Assembly: GCA_963674705.1 (NCBI GenBank) | Contig: OY771506.1 | Span: 2,880,001 to 2,944,000 of the forward strand | DNA: 64,000 nucleotides | Direction of reading: 5' to 3' | Source: Phycisphaeraceae bacterium | Lineage (GTDB): Bacteria > Planctomycetota > Phycisphaerae > Phycisphaerales > Phycisphaeraceae | Shown here: piece by piece, positions 29,244 through 37,032 of the stretch | Numbering within the stretch: position 1 is the stretch's first letter | Layout of the letters: each line of letters starts with the position of its first letter | Made by a program: the position numbers and the translations under genes | Notes under the pieces: model-generated | Seen by the model: only the letters and a program-made list of their open reading frames with translations | Databases searched by the model: none | What the model was told of the DNA's origin: nothing

Positions 29244-29333
29244 AGGCTTGAGACTTGAGCGGTGAGGCTTGAGCAAAAACCGCTCAGCCCTCAAGCCCCA
29301 AAACTCAAGCCTCAAGCCTCAGGACTCAAGCCT
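29244..29333. repeat. Inverted pair of 7-bp arrays (AGGCTTG... / ...CAAGCCT)
   Basis: aggcttg agacttg agcggtg aggcttg agc ... ctcaagc ctcaagc ctcagga ctcaagc ct, filling the flgE-flbD gap. Confidence 0.85.
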
Positions 29334-29338
29334 ACCCA

Positions 29339-29536
29339 ATGATCACCGTCACGCGCCTCAACGGCAAACAATTCGTTGTCAATGCTGAACTCATCCGCAC
29401 CGTCGAAGAGAACCCCGATACAACGATCATACTCGTGAACGGCGATCACTTCATCGTCAAGGAAAACATGAAGCAAGTCGTCGATCTCGCCGTCGAGTAC
29501 GGCCGAAGCCTGCGCAAACTCCTGCCACCCACGTAA
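29339..29536 (+). CDS. flbD: Flagellar FlbD/SwrD family protein
   Basis: MITVTRLNGKQFVVNAELIRTVEENPDTTI is the family signature. Confidence 0.93.
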   Translation: MITVTRLNGKQFVVNAELIRTVEENPDTTIILVNGDHFIVKENMKQVVDLAVEYGRSLRKLLPPT

Positions 29537-29565
29537 ACCACGTCACAACACAACATATAGTAATC

Positions 29566-29605
29566 CACACTTTGTTCTAATAAACAAAGTGTGCTGTGCT
29601 TTTTT
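29566..29605 (+). terminator. Hairpin or terminator after flbD
   Basis: CACACTTTGTT-ctaata-AACAAAGTGTG, then a T6 run a few nt later. Confidence 0.5.
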
Positions 29606-29688
29606 AATTGGTGGCTGGCAACGGGTGGCTAGTAAGTTCAGTAGAAGTTGGTATGTGTATCGAAGTCCTTTTAATGATAACTAAGACT

Positions 29689-29759
29689 CCCCCCAACGCC
29701 GGTCCTGAGCGCAGCGAAGGTCCGGGCATCTTCAAATCCAATCTTCAATGTTCAATCTG
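29689..29759 (+). repeat. Dispersed ~40-bp hairpin element, copy 1, with trailing heptamers
   Basis: CCCAACGCCGGTCCTGAGCGCAGCGAAGGTCCGGGCATCTT, then caaatc caatctt caatgtt caatctg. Confidence 0.85.
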
Positions 29760-29812
29760 TATCTACACAGACAACGATCCTTTGTTCACCAGTCACCAGT
29801 CACTAAACATCT

Positions 29813-29841
29813 TAAATATTCACCGCCCGATGGACCGATAA
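29813..29841 (+). promoter_or_regulatory. Candidate sigma28 (FliA) promoter for motAB
   Basis: TAAAT-N16-ACCGATAA, 44 nt before motA. Confidence 0.55.
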
Positions 29842-29884
29842 GCTTTGCATGGGCTTTCAACTAGCCACGTTTTGAGGTGCGCTT

Positions 29885-30664
29885 ATGGATCTTGGCATCT
29901 TATTTGGATTTCTCGGCGTGTGGGTTCTGATCCTCTGGGCGCTATTCGGTAGCGGTGACATCAGGATGTTCGTTGACACCAACAGTGTCATCCTGGTCAT
30001 CGGCGCGTCCAGCATGATCATTTTCTATGCCTTCCCGGTGAAGAACGTGAAGTCGCTCATCAAGGTGATCAAACGTGCGGTGTTCTACAGTTCGCCATCC
30101 ATCCCCAAGCTTATTGAAGACATGGTCTCCTATGCCGAAGTCGCACGCCGCGACGGCATCCTCAGCCTGGAAAGCACCACGAAGGATATCGACGATCCAT
30201 TCATCGTGCGCGGCATCCAGATGGCGGTCGACGGCACGGACCCCGAACTGATCGAACAGGTCTTGAATAACGACCTGGAAAACCTCGCAGAACGCCACGA
30301 TGTTGGTAAGGCGCTACTGGAATGTATCGGTAAGTATGCGCCGGCTTATGGCATGATCGGAACGCTCGTGGGCCTGGTCATCATGCTTAAAAACATGGAC
30401 GACCCCGCAGCCATCGGCCCCGGTATGGCGGTTGCCTTGCTCACCACCATGTACGGCGCGATCATCGCCAACGCCTTTGCGCTACCCCTGGCCGACCGAC
30501 TCGGCAGGCGCTCCGCCGAGGAAGTGCTCTACCGCACCATCATTATCAAAGGCGTCATGGCCATCCAGAGCGGTGACAACCCGCGTATCGTCGAACAGAA
30601 GTTGCGTACTTACCTGCCCCCGAGTGAACGGCCGAGGGAAGAGGACGCCAAGGATGCGGCGTGA
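29885..30664 (+). CDS. motA: Stator protein MotA/PomA
   Basis: ARRDGILSLE, GIQMAVDG, APAYGMIGTLVGL and IGPGMAVALLTTMYG. Confidence 0.96.
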   Translation: MDLGILFGFLGVWVLILWALFGSGDIRMFVDTNSVILVIGASSMIIFYAFPVKNVKSLIKVIKRAVFYSSPSIPKLIEDMVSYAEVARRDGILSLESTTKDIDDPFIVRGIQMAVDGTDPELIEQVLNNDLENLAERHDVGKALLECIGKYAPAYGMIGTLVGLVIMLKNMDDPAAIGPGMAVALLTTMYGAIIANAFALPLADRLGRRSAEEVLYRTIIIKGVMAIQSGDNPRIVEQKLRTYLPPSERPREEDAKDAA

Positions 30665-30667
30665 TAA

Positions 30668-30733
30668 AAGCCGTTAGCCTTTAGCTCAGAATCTAACCAC
30701 TAACCACTAACCACTAACCACTAACCACTAACC
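30668..30733. repeat. 7-bp arrays between motA and motB
   Basis: aagccgt tagcctt tagctca, then (TAACCAC)x5 + TAACC. Confidence 0.9.
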
Positions 30734-30742
30734 GTCCTCCTC

Positions 30743-31501
30743 ATGGCAATCGAGAAGAAATGTCCGCCGGTCGGTGCTCCCGAATGGGTATTAACCTTCG
30801 GCGACATGATGTCTCTTTTGCTGACCTTCTTCATCCTTCTGGTGTCGCTTTCCGAGATCAAGAAAGAAGATGAATGGAAAGCCGTGGTCGAAGAGGTGAA
30901 GAAGTCGTTCGGCATGAAGGGCGGCGGCGGCCGGTTACCGACCGATAACGATCCGGCCCTGACGCTCGTACAGATCCTCGAGACCGTCCAGAACCAGCAA
31001 CGCAAGGAAGAACACACCTCGAACACCGATGACCCCGGGATGACCGGCCGAGATCAACGCGTTACGACCGTCCGTGAAGGCGACTTTATCCCTGTCGGGG
31101 GCAAGATTACGTTCCAGCCCGGATCTGCCGATCTAAGCGATAGGGCTAAGTCCCTGATACGTGCGTTCATTGAGAACGAGGAGTTTGATATCCGTGGCAC
31201 GAACTATATCGTCGAGCTGCGGGGACATGCCGCGACCGCTGAATCCGACCTGGTGCAGGAAGGGACCGACTTATGGGACCTGAGCTACCTGCGGGCCAAA
31301 GCCGTGATGCAGTACCTGGTCAGTGATGAGATCGGGCTCAAACGTGAGCAGATCCGCCTGATCGGCAACGCCGACCGTGAACCGCTTGAGAAGCAGGCGT
31401 ATACCTCGGCGGAGCAACAGGTGAACCGGCGGGTGGAAATCATGGTCAGCGAGAACATCATCAAGGATTATGCGGTGACCCGCGGCACGACAACCTGGTA
31501 G
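30743..31501 (+). CDS. motB: Stator protein MotB/PomB
   Basis: APEWVLTFGDMMSLLLTFFILL and an OmpA-like domain (LWDLSYLRA, NRRVEI). Confidence 0.95.
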   Translation: MAIEKKCPPVGAPEWVLTFGDMMSLLLTFFILLVSLSEIKKEDEWKAVVEEVKKSFGMKGGGGRLPTDNDPALTLVQILETVQNQQRKEEHTSNTDDPGMTGRDQRVTTVREGDFIPVGGKITFQPGSADLSDRAKSLIRAFIENEEFDIRGTNYIVELRGHAATAESDLVQEGTDLWDLSYLRAKAVMQYLVSDEIGLKREQIRLIGNADREPLEKQAYTSAEQQVNRRVEIMVSENIIKDYAVTRGTTTW

Positions 31502-31517
31502 GAACCTGAGGAAGACC

Positions 31518-32051
31518 ATGGCCGACGAAAACAAAGCAGCAAACGCCGATGCCCAGAATGAGCAGAAGAAGAAGCCGCCGCTCAAAACCGCGATCGTGTT
31601 GCTGGCTGCGCTATTGATCGAAGGTGTTGCGATCTCTGCGGTGTTCATCTTCGCCAAGGGCCCCGAGCCGATCAAAGCCGACGCGACGATCTCGCAAGAG
31701 CTGATCGATGAAGAAAAAGAAGTCGAAGTGCTCGTGATCCAGGACAAGTTCCAGAACACCCGCACCGGCCGCAGCTATCTATATGACACAGAGATATACG
31801 TCATCGTGCGTAAGAAGCATATGAAACAGATCGAGGGTGATATCGAAAGTATGAAAGCCCAGCTCAACACGGAGGTCGCGACGATCTTCCGCCGGGCCGA
31901 GCCGTCCTACCTGATGGAGCCCGACCTGGCGACCCTTACCCGCCAGGTCAGTGCCGTGCTGACGGAGAAGCTCGGCGTGGATACGGAAGGTGAACCCTAT
32001 GTATTGGGCACCCTGATCGAGAAGTGCCTGCGGATCCGCGCCGACATGTAA
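31518..32051 (+). CDS. fliL: FliL-like basal-body protein
   Basis: KKK-preceded single TM plus periplasmic domain; lies between motB and fliN. Confidence 0.7.
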   Translation: MADENKAANADAQNEQKKKPPLKTAIVLLAALLIEGVAISAVFIFAKGPEPIKADATISQELIDEEKEVEVLVIQDKFQNTRTGRSYLYDTEIYVIVRKKHMKQIEGDIESMKAQLNTEVATIFRRAEPSYLMEPDLATLTRQVSAVLTEKLGVDTEGEPYVLGTLIEKCLRIRADM

Positions 32052-32082
32052 ACCGGCGTGGCCGAAGACTCAAGGATGAGCT

Positions 32083-32526
32083 ATGGCAGACGAAACCAAA
32101 GACAACGAAGCCAAAAGCGCAGCCGAAGCCGAAGCGGAGGCTCAGATGCTGGCTGCGCTGAATGATGCTCAGTCATCACTGAACCAGATCAAAGACTCTG
32201 CCGAGAGCGTGGACAGCGTGGACTTCAGCGAAGCGGCGTTCAGCGCTGCGCCGACCGGGTTGGAAATGCTCGGCGACGTCGATCTGCACGTTGCGGTTGA
32301 ACTCGGCCGAACGGAAATGCTTGTTGAAGATGTATTGAAGCTGTCGTCCGGCAGCGTGGTCGAGTTGGACAAGCTCGCGGGCGATCCGGTTGATGTCTAC
32401 GTGAACCAAAGGCTGGTCGCGCGTGGTGAAGTGCTGGTGTTGAACGACAACTTCTGTATCCGCATCAGTGAGATCATCGCAAACCTTCAGGAAGAGACGC
32501 AGCAGGCCACACAGGAACAGAGTTAA
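32083..32526 (+). CDS. fliN: Motor switch protein FliN
   Basis: [31 protein letters not shown] and ARGEVLV. Confidence 0.96.
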   Translation: MADETKDNEAKSAAEAEAEAQMLAALNDAQSSLNQIKDSAESVDSVDFSEAAFSAAPTGLEMLGDVDLHVAVELGRTEMLVEDVLKLSSGSVVELDKLAGDPVDVYVNQRLVARGEVLVLNDNFCIRISEIIANLQEETQQATQEQS

Positions 32527-32593
32527 ACGGTATGATGAGCGGCCCGCAGAGGCGGGCATAGAAAAGTGAACCCGATGGGCAGGATGCCCTACC

Positions 32594-33460
32594 GTGGCGG
32601 AGCCGCGGACGCAAGGCCAGGAGGGCCGAGTGGTGTTCAGGAATGCGTTTTCCACCGTCGTTTGTGCGCTGGTTCTTGCCACGTTGGTGACAAGTGCGCA
32701 CGCAGACGACACAAAAACTCCCACTTCCGGGACATCTGCGAACGCATCCGAGACCGACGCGCGGCTGACACGTCTTGCGCACAAACTTGCCGATGACCAG
32801 GCCGAACCAGACGCCCGAACATCCCTGGCAAGCGCCGCCGAGTCGGTCGAATCATCCGATGCCTCTGACACGATCGATGAGCCGGCGACCAAAGGCACGC
32901 CGATCGTCAACGAGCGGACGAACCTCGCGCGGACGCCGCTGCTGCGTGGCGGCGCGGACAGTGAGACGCTAGCCGAGCGCGCGGATGGCAAGTCGTGGTT
33001 AATGCAGACGCTCATCGCGCTTGGCATCGTGGTTGGTTTAGCACTGGGTGTGCGGTTCATCTATGCACGGATGGGCGGTAAGGTTGCGGCCCATTCAAGC
33101 CCGGTCGTGGAAGTGTTGAGCCGAACGACGGTCGCGCCGCACAGTCATGTGATGCTGCTGCGTGTGGGTTCGCGTGTGCTGGTTGTCAGTGATTCATCTG
33201 CGGGGATGCGAACGCTTGCGAATGTTGATGATGCCGAAGAGGTGGCGGACATCCTCGGCGCGGTCAGCGCGACCAAAAACAACAGCATCACGCGCGGTTT
33301 CAGCCAACTATTGCATCGTTTCGGCGAAGAGCATGAAGACGATGAAGTTGCCGCGTTAACCGGCGAGCAACCGGCATCGGTGCACAAGGTGCGAGACAGC
33401 ATGTCGAGCCTGCTTTCGCGTGTGCGTTCGATGGGGCGCGAAGGGGGTGGGCCTGGATGA
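32594..33460 (+). CDS. fliO: FliO/FliZ-type export assembly protein
   Basis: Signal-like N-terminus, TM, and VEVLSRTTVAPHSHVMLLRVGSRVLVV; precedes fliP. Confidence 0.8.
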   Translation: MAEPRTQGQEGRVVFRNAFSTVVCALVLATLVTSAHADDTKTPTSGTSANASETDARLTRLAHKLADDQAEPDARTSLASAAESVESSDASDTIDEPATKGTPIVNERTNLARTPLLRGGADSETLAERADGKSWLMQTLIALGIVVGLALGVRFIYARMGGKVAAHSSPVVEVLSRTTVAPHSHVMLLRVGSRVLVVSDSSAGMRTLANVDDAEEVADILGAVSATKNNSITRGFSQLLHRFGEEHEDDEVAALTGEQPASVHKVRDSMSSLLSRVRSMGREGGGPG

Positions 33461-34311
33461 CGCTGCACCTTCGACATCATTGGGTCTGGTTGATCGCGTT
33501 AGTTGCCGCGATCTTGTTGCTTTTAATCACCGCTACGCCTGCACACGGCCAGGGCGTGCCCGAGAACTTCAACGCGGAAAACGTCGGTTCGGTCGTCCGC
33601 GCCGCAAGCGAAGCGTTCCCGGATACGGATGGTGACGGCAACTATCACGTCACGATCTCGATCGTCCTGCTGCTGACGGTCCTGACACTCGCGCCGGCGA
33701 TCCTCGTGATGTGCACGAGCTTCACGCGGATCATCGTCGTGCTGGCACTGTTGCGTCAGGCGCTGGGCACGCAGGCGCTGCCGCCATCGCAGGTGCTGGT
33801 AGGTTTGTCACTGTTCATGACGATGCTGGTGATGGCGCCGACGTTCGATCGGATCAACAACGAAGCGATCATCCCACTTACGGAGCAGCAGATCAACGAG
33901 GTCCAGGCTTGGGAGATCGCGAAGGTTCCGATCAAGACGTTCATGTTCGATCAGATTCAGTACGCGGGTAACGAAGCGGACATCTTCATGATCCTGGAAT
34001 ACCGGGGCGTGGATACGAGCGAGCCGCAGAAGCTGACGCTTGAAGATGATGTGGACATGATCACGCTTGTGCCGGCTTTCATCCTGAGTGAGTTGAAGGT
34101 CGCGTTCTTGATGGGGTTCCAGTTGTACCTGCCGTTTTTGATCATCGACATGGTGATTTCGAGCGTGTTGATTTCGATGGGCATGATGATGTTGCCGCCG
34201 GTGCTGATTTCGCTGCCGTTCAAGCTGTTGCTGTTCGTGCTGGTGGATGGTTGGCTTCTGGTGGCGGGGAACCTGTTGTCGAGCTTCGCGGTTCCCGGCG
34301 TTACTACGTAG
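33457..34311 (+). CDS. fliP: Export gate protein FliP
   Basis: TSFTRIIVVL, PAFILSELK and GMMMLPP..ISLPFKLLLFVLVDGW. Confidence 0.98.
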   Translation: MTLHLRHHWVWLIALVAAILLLLITATPAHGQGVPENFNAENVGSVVRAASEAFPDTDGDGNYHVTISIVLLLTVLTLAPAILVMCTSFTRIIVVLALLRQALGTQALPPSQVLVGLSLFMTMLVMAPTFDRINNEAIIPLTEQQINEVQAWEIAKVPIKTFMFDQIQYAGNEADIFMILEYRGVDTSEPQKLTLEDDVDMITLVPAFILSELKVAFLMGFQLYLPFLIIDMVISSVLISMGMMMLPPVLISLPFKLLLFVLVDGWLLVAGNLLSSFAVPGVTT

Positions 34312-34360
34312 AAAAAGTTTCGGCGCTACCGCTGCGCGCAGATGGATTGAGCGAAAGGGC

Positions 34361-34627
34361 ATGACGATGGCGATGACCGTAGAACAAGCGATTGATGTGG
34401 TGCGTGAGACGCTGACATTGATGTTGATGCTGTCGCTTCCGATCCTCGCGGCGGCGCTATTGATCGGCCTGGCGGTGAGTCTGCTCCAGGCGGTGACGCA
34501 GGTGCAGGAACAGACGCTTAGCTTCGTGCCGAAGATCATCGGGATGGGGCTTGCCGCGATCTTCGTGCTGCCTTGGATCACCGCACAGATCATGGACTTT
34601 GCCACGCGCATGTTCGGCGGCGCTTAA
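34361..34627 (+). CDS. fliQ: Export gate protein FliQ
   Basis: LLQAVTQVQEQTLSFVPKI. Confidence 0.97.
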   Translation: MTMAMTVEQAIDVVRETLTLMLMLSLPILAAALLIGLAVSLLQAVTQVQEQTLSFVPKIIGMGLAAIFVLPWITAQIMDFATRMFGGA

Positions 34628-34698
34628 CGGAAACGTTTTTGTGTCAGCAGGCAAGCGGGTGGAACCCGCTTAACAGATAAGGGCAGGAGGCCCGAACC

Positions 34699-35526
34699 TT
34701 GATCGGCGATTTTGGACCATTACTCGATCACTTACCGGCATGGCTGATGGTCATGTTCCGGCTGACGGGTATCTTCCTGCTCGCGCCGATCTTCGGCAGC
34801 GCGACGATCCCGCGCACCGTCAAGGTCATGCTTGTCTTTACCTTGACGTGTTGCATCTACCCGATGCTGCTGAATCCGGGTAATTCGTCCGCGGTGATGC
34901 TTGCGCCGGTGATCGATCACGATCTGAACCTGTGGCTATTGCTTCCTTACATCGCGATGGAATTGATGATCGGCCTGGTGATCGGCTACTGCGCGAGCCT
35001 GCCGATGATCGGGATGCAGCTTGGGGGGGATGTGATTGATAAGCAGATCGGCATCGGCTTTGCCGACATCGTGAACCCGGAAACGGGCGAGCAGTCGGGC
35101 GTGATGGCGAACTCGCTGTTCATGATGGGGCTTGCGATCTTCGCGATCCTCGGCGGGCACCGGATCATGCTGCGTATCCTCGTCGGCAGCTTTGACATGA
35201 TTCCGATCGGCGGATTCGCGGACTTCGCGAAGGTCGAAGGTCTGGTCAACCTGGTTTTGGGTTTGCTGACCGTGATCTTCCAGATGGGGTTCCGGATCGC
35301 GGCGCCGTTGTTGTGTCTGATCTTCCTTCAGACGGTTGCATTGGGTTTCATCGCGCGAACGGTTCCGCAACTGAACATCATGAGCGTGGGTTTCACGATC
35401 CGTATTTTGAACGGCACGACGATGATGATCGCGTTCATTGCGATCGCCGCGTGGCTGTATGCGGATCAGATGATGGGGATCCTGACGGAGATCGCGAAGT
35501 TTTTCGATTTGGAGTTGTTGTTTTAA
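34699..35526 (+). CDS. fliR: Export gate protein FliR
   Basis: FRLTGIFLLAPIFG, ELMIGLVIG, IDKQIG and ARTVPQLNI. Confidence 0.96.
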   Translation: MIGDFGPLLDHLPAWLMVMFRLTGIFLLAPIFGSATIPRTVKVMLVFTLTCCIYPMLLNPGNSSAVMLAPVIDHDLNLWLLLPYIAMELMIGLVIGYCASLPMIGMQLGGDVIDKQIGIGFADIVNPETGEQSGVMANSLFMMGLAIFAILGGHRIMLRILVGSFDMIPIGGFADFAKVEGLVNLVLGLLTVIFQMGFRIAAPLLCLIFLQTVALGFIARTVPQLNIMSVGFTIRILNGTTMMIAFIAIAAWLYADQMMGILTEIAKFFDLELLF

Positions 35527-35529
35527 GCC

Positions 35530-36600
35530 ATGGCTGAGAATCAATTTGAAAAAACCGAAGCCCCAACGCCACGGCGCAAGCAGGAAGCGCGTGAGGATGG
35601 CAACGTGGCGCGCAGCACAGACCTGACTGCGGCGATCATGTTGCTGGCGGCCATCGTGGCGTTGAACGTGCTGGGCACACGGATGATTCAGACACTGGGC
35701 CATGCGACACGTGTGCTGTTGAGTTCAGAGCACCACCCGAACCCGACGCGCATCGATGGGCTTGGTGAGAGCGCTTACTACAGCGTGTACATGTTTGCGA
35801 TAGCGCTCGGTCCGATCGTGTTGGCGATCATGGCGGTGGGTCTGCTGGCATCATTGGGGCAGGTCGGTTTCTTATTAACGCTTAAGCCGCTTCAGCCTAA
35901 CTTCGGCAAGCTGTCGCCGATCAAGGGCGTGTCGAACCTGTTCAGCGCCCGTGCGGGGATGCGGCTGGTGATGAGCGTTTTGAAAGTGATCCTGATCGCG
36001 ACGGTGGCGATCTGGTTCGTGATGGGTGACATGCCACGCATCCTGCATATCGCGGAGATGGAGGCGCTGCAGGCGTTCGCCGCGGCGGGCACGATCGTTT
36101 ACGTGCTTGCGCTGAAGCTTGCTCTGCTTCTGCTGGTGATGGCGATCCTGGATTATGCGTTCCAGCGCTATCAGCACGAGCAGGATCTGAAGATGAGCAA
36201 GCAGGATGTGAAGGAAGAGATGAAGCGGATGGAAGGCGATCCGATGGTCAAGCAGCGACGTACACGTGTTGCACGTCAGCTCGCGATGCAGCGGATCGCT
36301 CAGGCGGTGCCGAAGGCAGACGTCGTGGTGACGAACCCGACGCATTACGCGATCGCGCTGCAATACGATTCGCAGACGATGCGGGCGCCGAAGGTGATCG
36401 CCAAAGGCGCAGACTTCATGGCGATGCGTATCCGCCAGATCGCGATAGCCAACGGCATCCCGCTGGTCGAGCGCAAGCCGCTGGCGCAGGCGTTGTACAA
36501 GCACGTAGAGATCGGCGATGAGGTGCCGCCGGAACATTACACGGCGGTGGCGGAGATTCTTGCTTACGTTTACAGGTTGAGTGGGAGGAAGTCGGCGTAG
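35530..36600 (+). CDS. flhB: Export switch protein FlhB
   Basis: EKTEAPTPRR, KRMEGDP and the NPTH autocleavage motif. Confidence 0.98.
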   Translation: MAENQFEKTEAPTPRRKQEAREDGNVARSTDLTAAIMLLAAIVALNVLGTRMIQTLGHATRVLLSSEHHPNPTRIDGLGESAYYSVYMFAIALGPIVLAIMAVGLLASLGQVGFLLTLKPLQPNFGKLSPIKGVSNLFSARAGMRLVMSVLKVILIATVAIWFVMGDMPRILHIAEMEALQAFAAAGTIVYVLALKLALLLLVMAILDYAFQRYQHEQDLKMSKQDVKEEMKRMEGDPMVKQRRTRVARQLAMQRIAQAVPKADVVVTNPTHYAIALQYDSQTMRAPKVIAKGADFMAMRIRQIAIANGIPLVERKPLAQALYKHVEIGDEVPPEHYTAVAEILAYVYRLSGRKSA

Positions 36601-36604
36601 CGAC

Positions 36605-36636
36605 AAGCCATTAGCCATTAGCCGTTAGCCATTAGC
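36605..36636. repeat. Left 7-bp array flanking the four-helix-bundle gene
   Basis: aagccat tagccat tagccgt tagccat tagc. Confidence 0.95.
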
Positions 36637-36647
36637 TAGAAAGACGT

Positions 36648-37019
36648 ATGGGACAGACTTCACGAGATTATGCGAAGCTTCAGGTGTGGCAGAAAGCCCA
36701 CGTGCTGACGCTGCGCATCTACGAAGCAACTCGACGTTTTCCTGCTGATGAACGGTTTGGTTTGACCAGTCAGATGCGGCGATCGGCGGCCTCTGTGCCG
36801 GCGAACATTGCTGAAGGCTGTGGGCGTGGCGGTGAAAGTGAACTGGCCCGGTATCTGCAGATTGCTCAGGGCTCCGGATCGGAGCTGAGTTACCACCTGC
36901 TGCTAGCTCGCGATTTGGGCTTTATGAAAGAGGAGATCGCAAACGAACTCATTAGGTTGTCGCGTGAGGTTACACGCATGCTCCAGTCCTACCGTTCCAA
37001 GCTAAGGGCTAATGGCTAA
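36648..37019 (+). CDS. Four-helix-bundle protein (23S rRNA IVP / TIGR02436 / Avd-like family)
   Basis: LQVWQKAH, FPADERFGLTSQMRRSAASVPANIAEGCGR, YLQIAQGSGSEL and LARDLG. Confidence 0.95.
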   Translation: MGQTSRDYAKLQVWQKAHVLTLRIYEATRRFPADERFGLTSQMRRSAASVPANIAEGCGRGGESELARYLQIAQGSGSELSYHLLLARDLGFMKEEIANELIRLSREVTRMLQSYRSKLRANG

Positions 37020-37032
37020 TGGCTAATGGCTT
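37001..37032. repeat. Right 7-bp array (reverse complement of the left array)
   Basis: gctaagg gctaatg gctaatg gctaatg gctt; contains the four-helix stop codon and the flhA start (TAATG). Confidence 0.95.

Noticed and set aside
29548..29563. NrdR-box-like sequence ACACAACATATAGTAA
   Set aside because: Single copy with no nucleotide-reduction gene nearby; likely a chance match in an AT-rich spacer.
36648..37019. Diversity-generating retroelement (Avd-like gene)
   Set aside because: No reverse transcriptase and no TR/VR pair with adenine-specific mismatches seen in the window.
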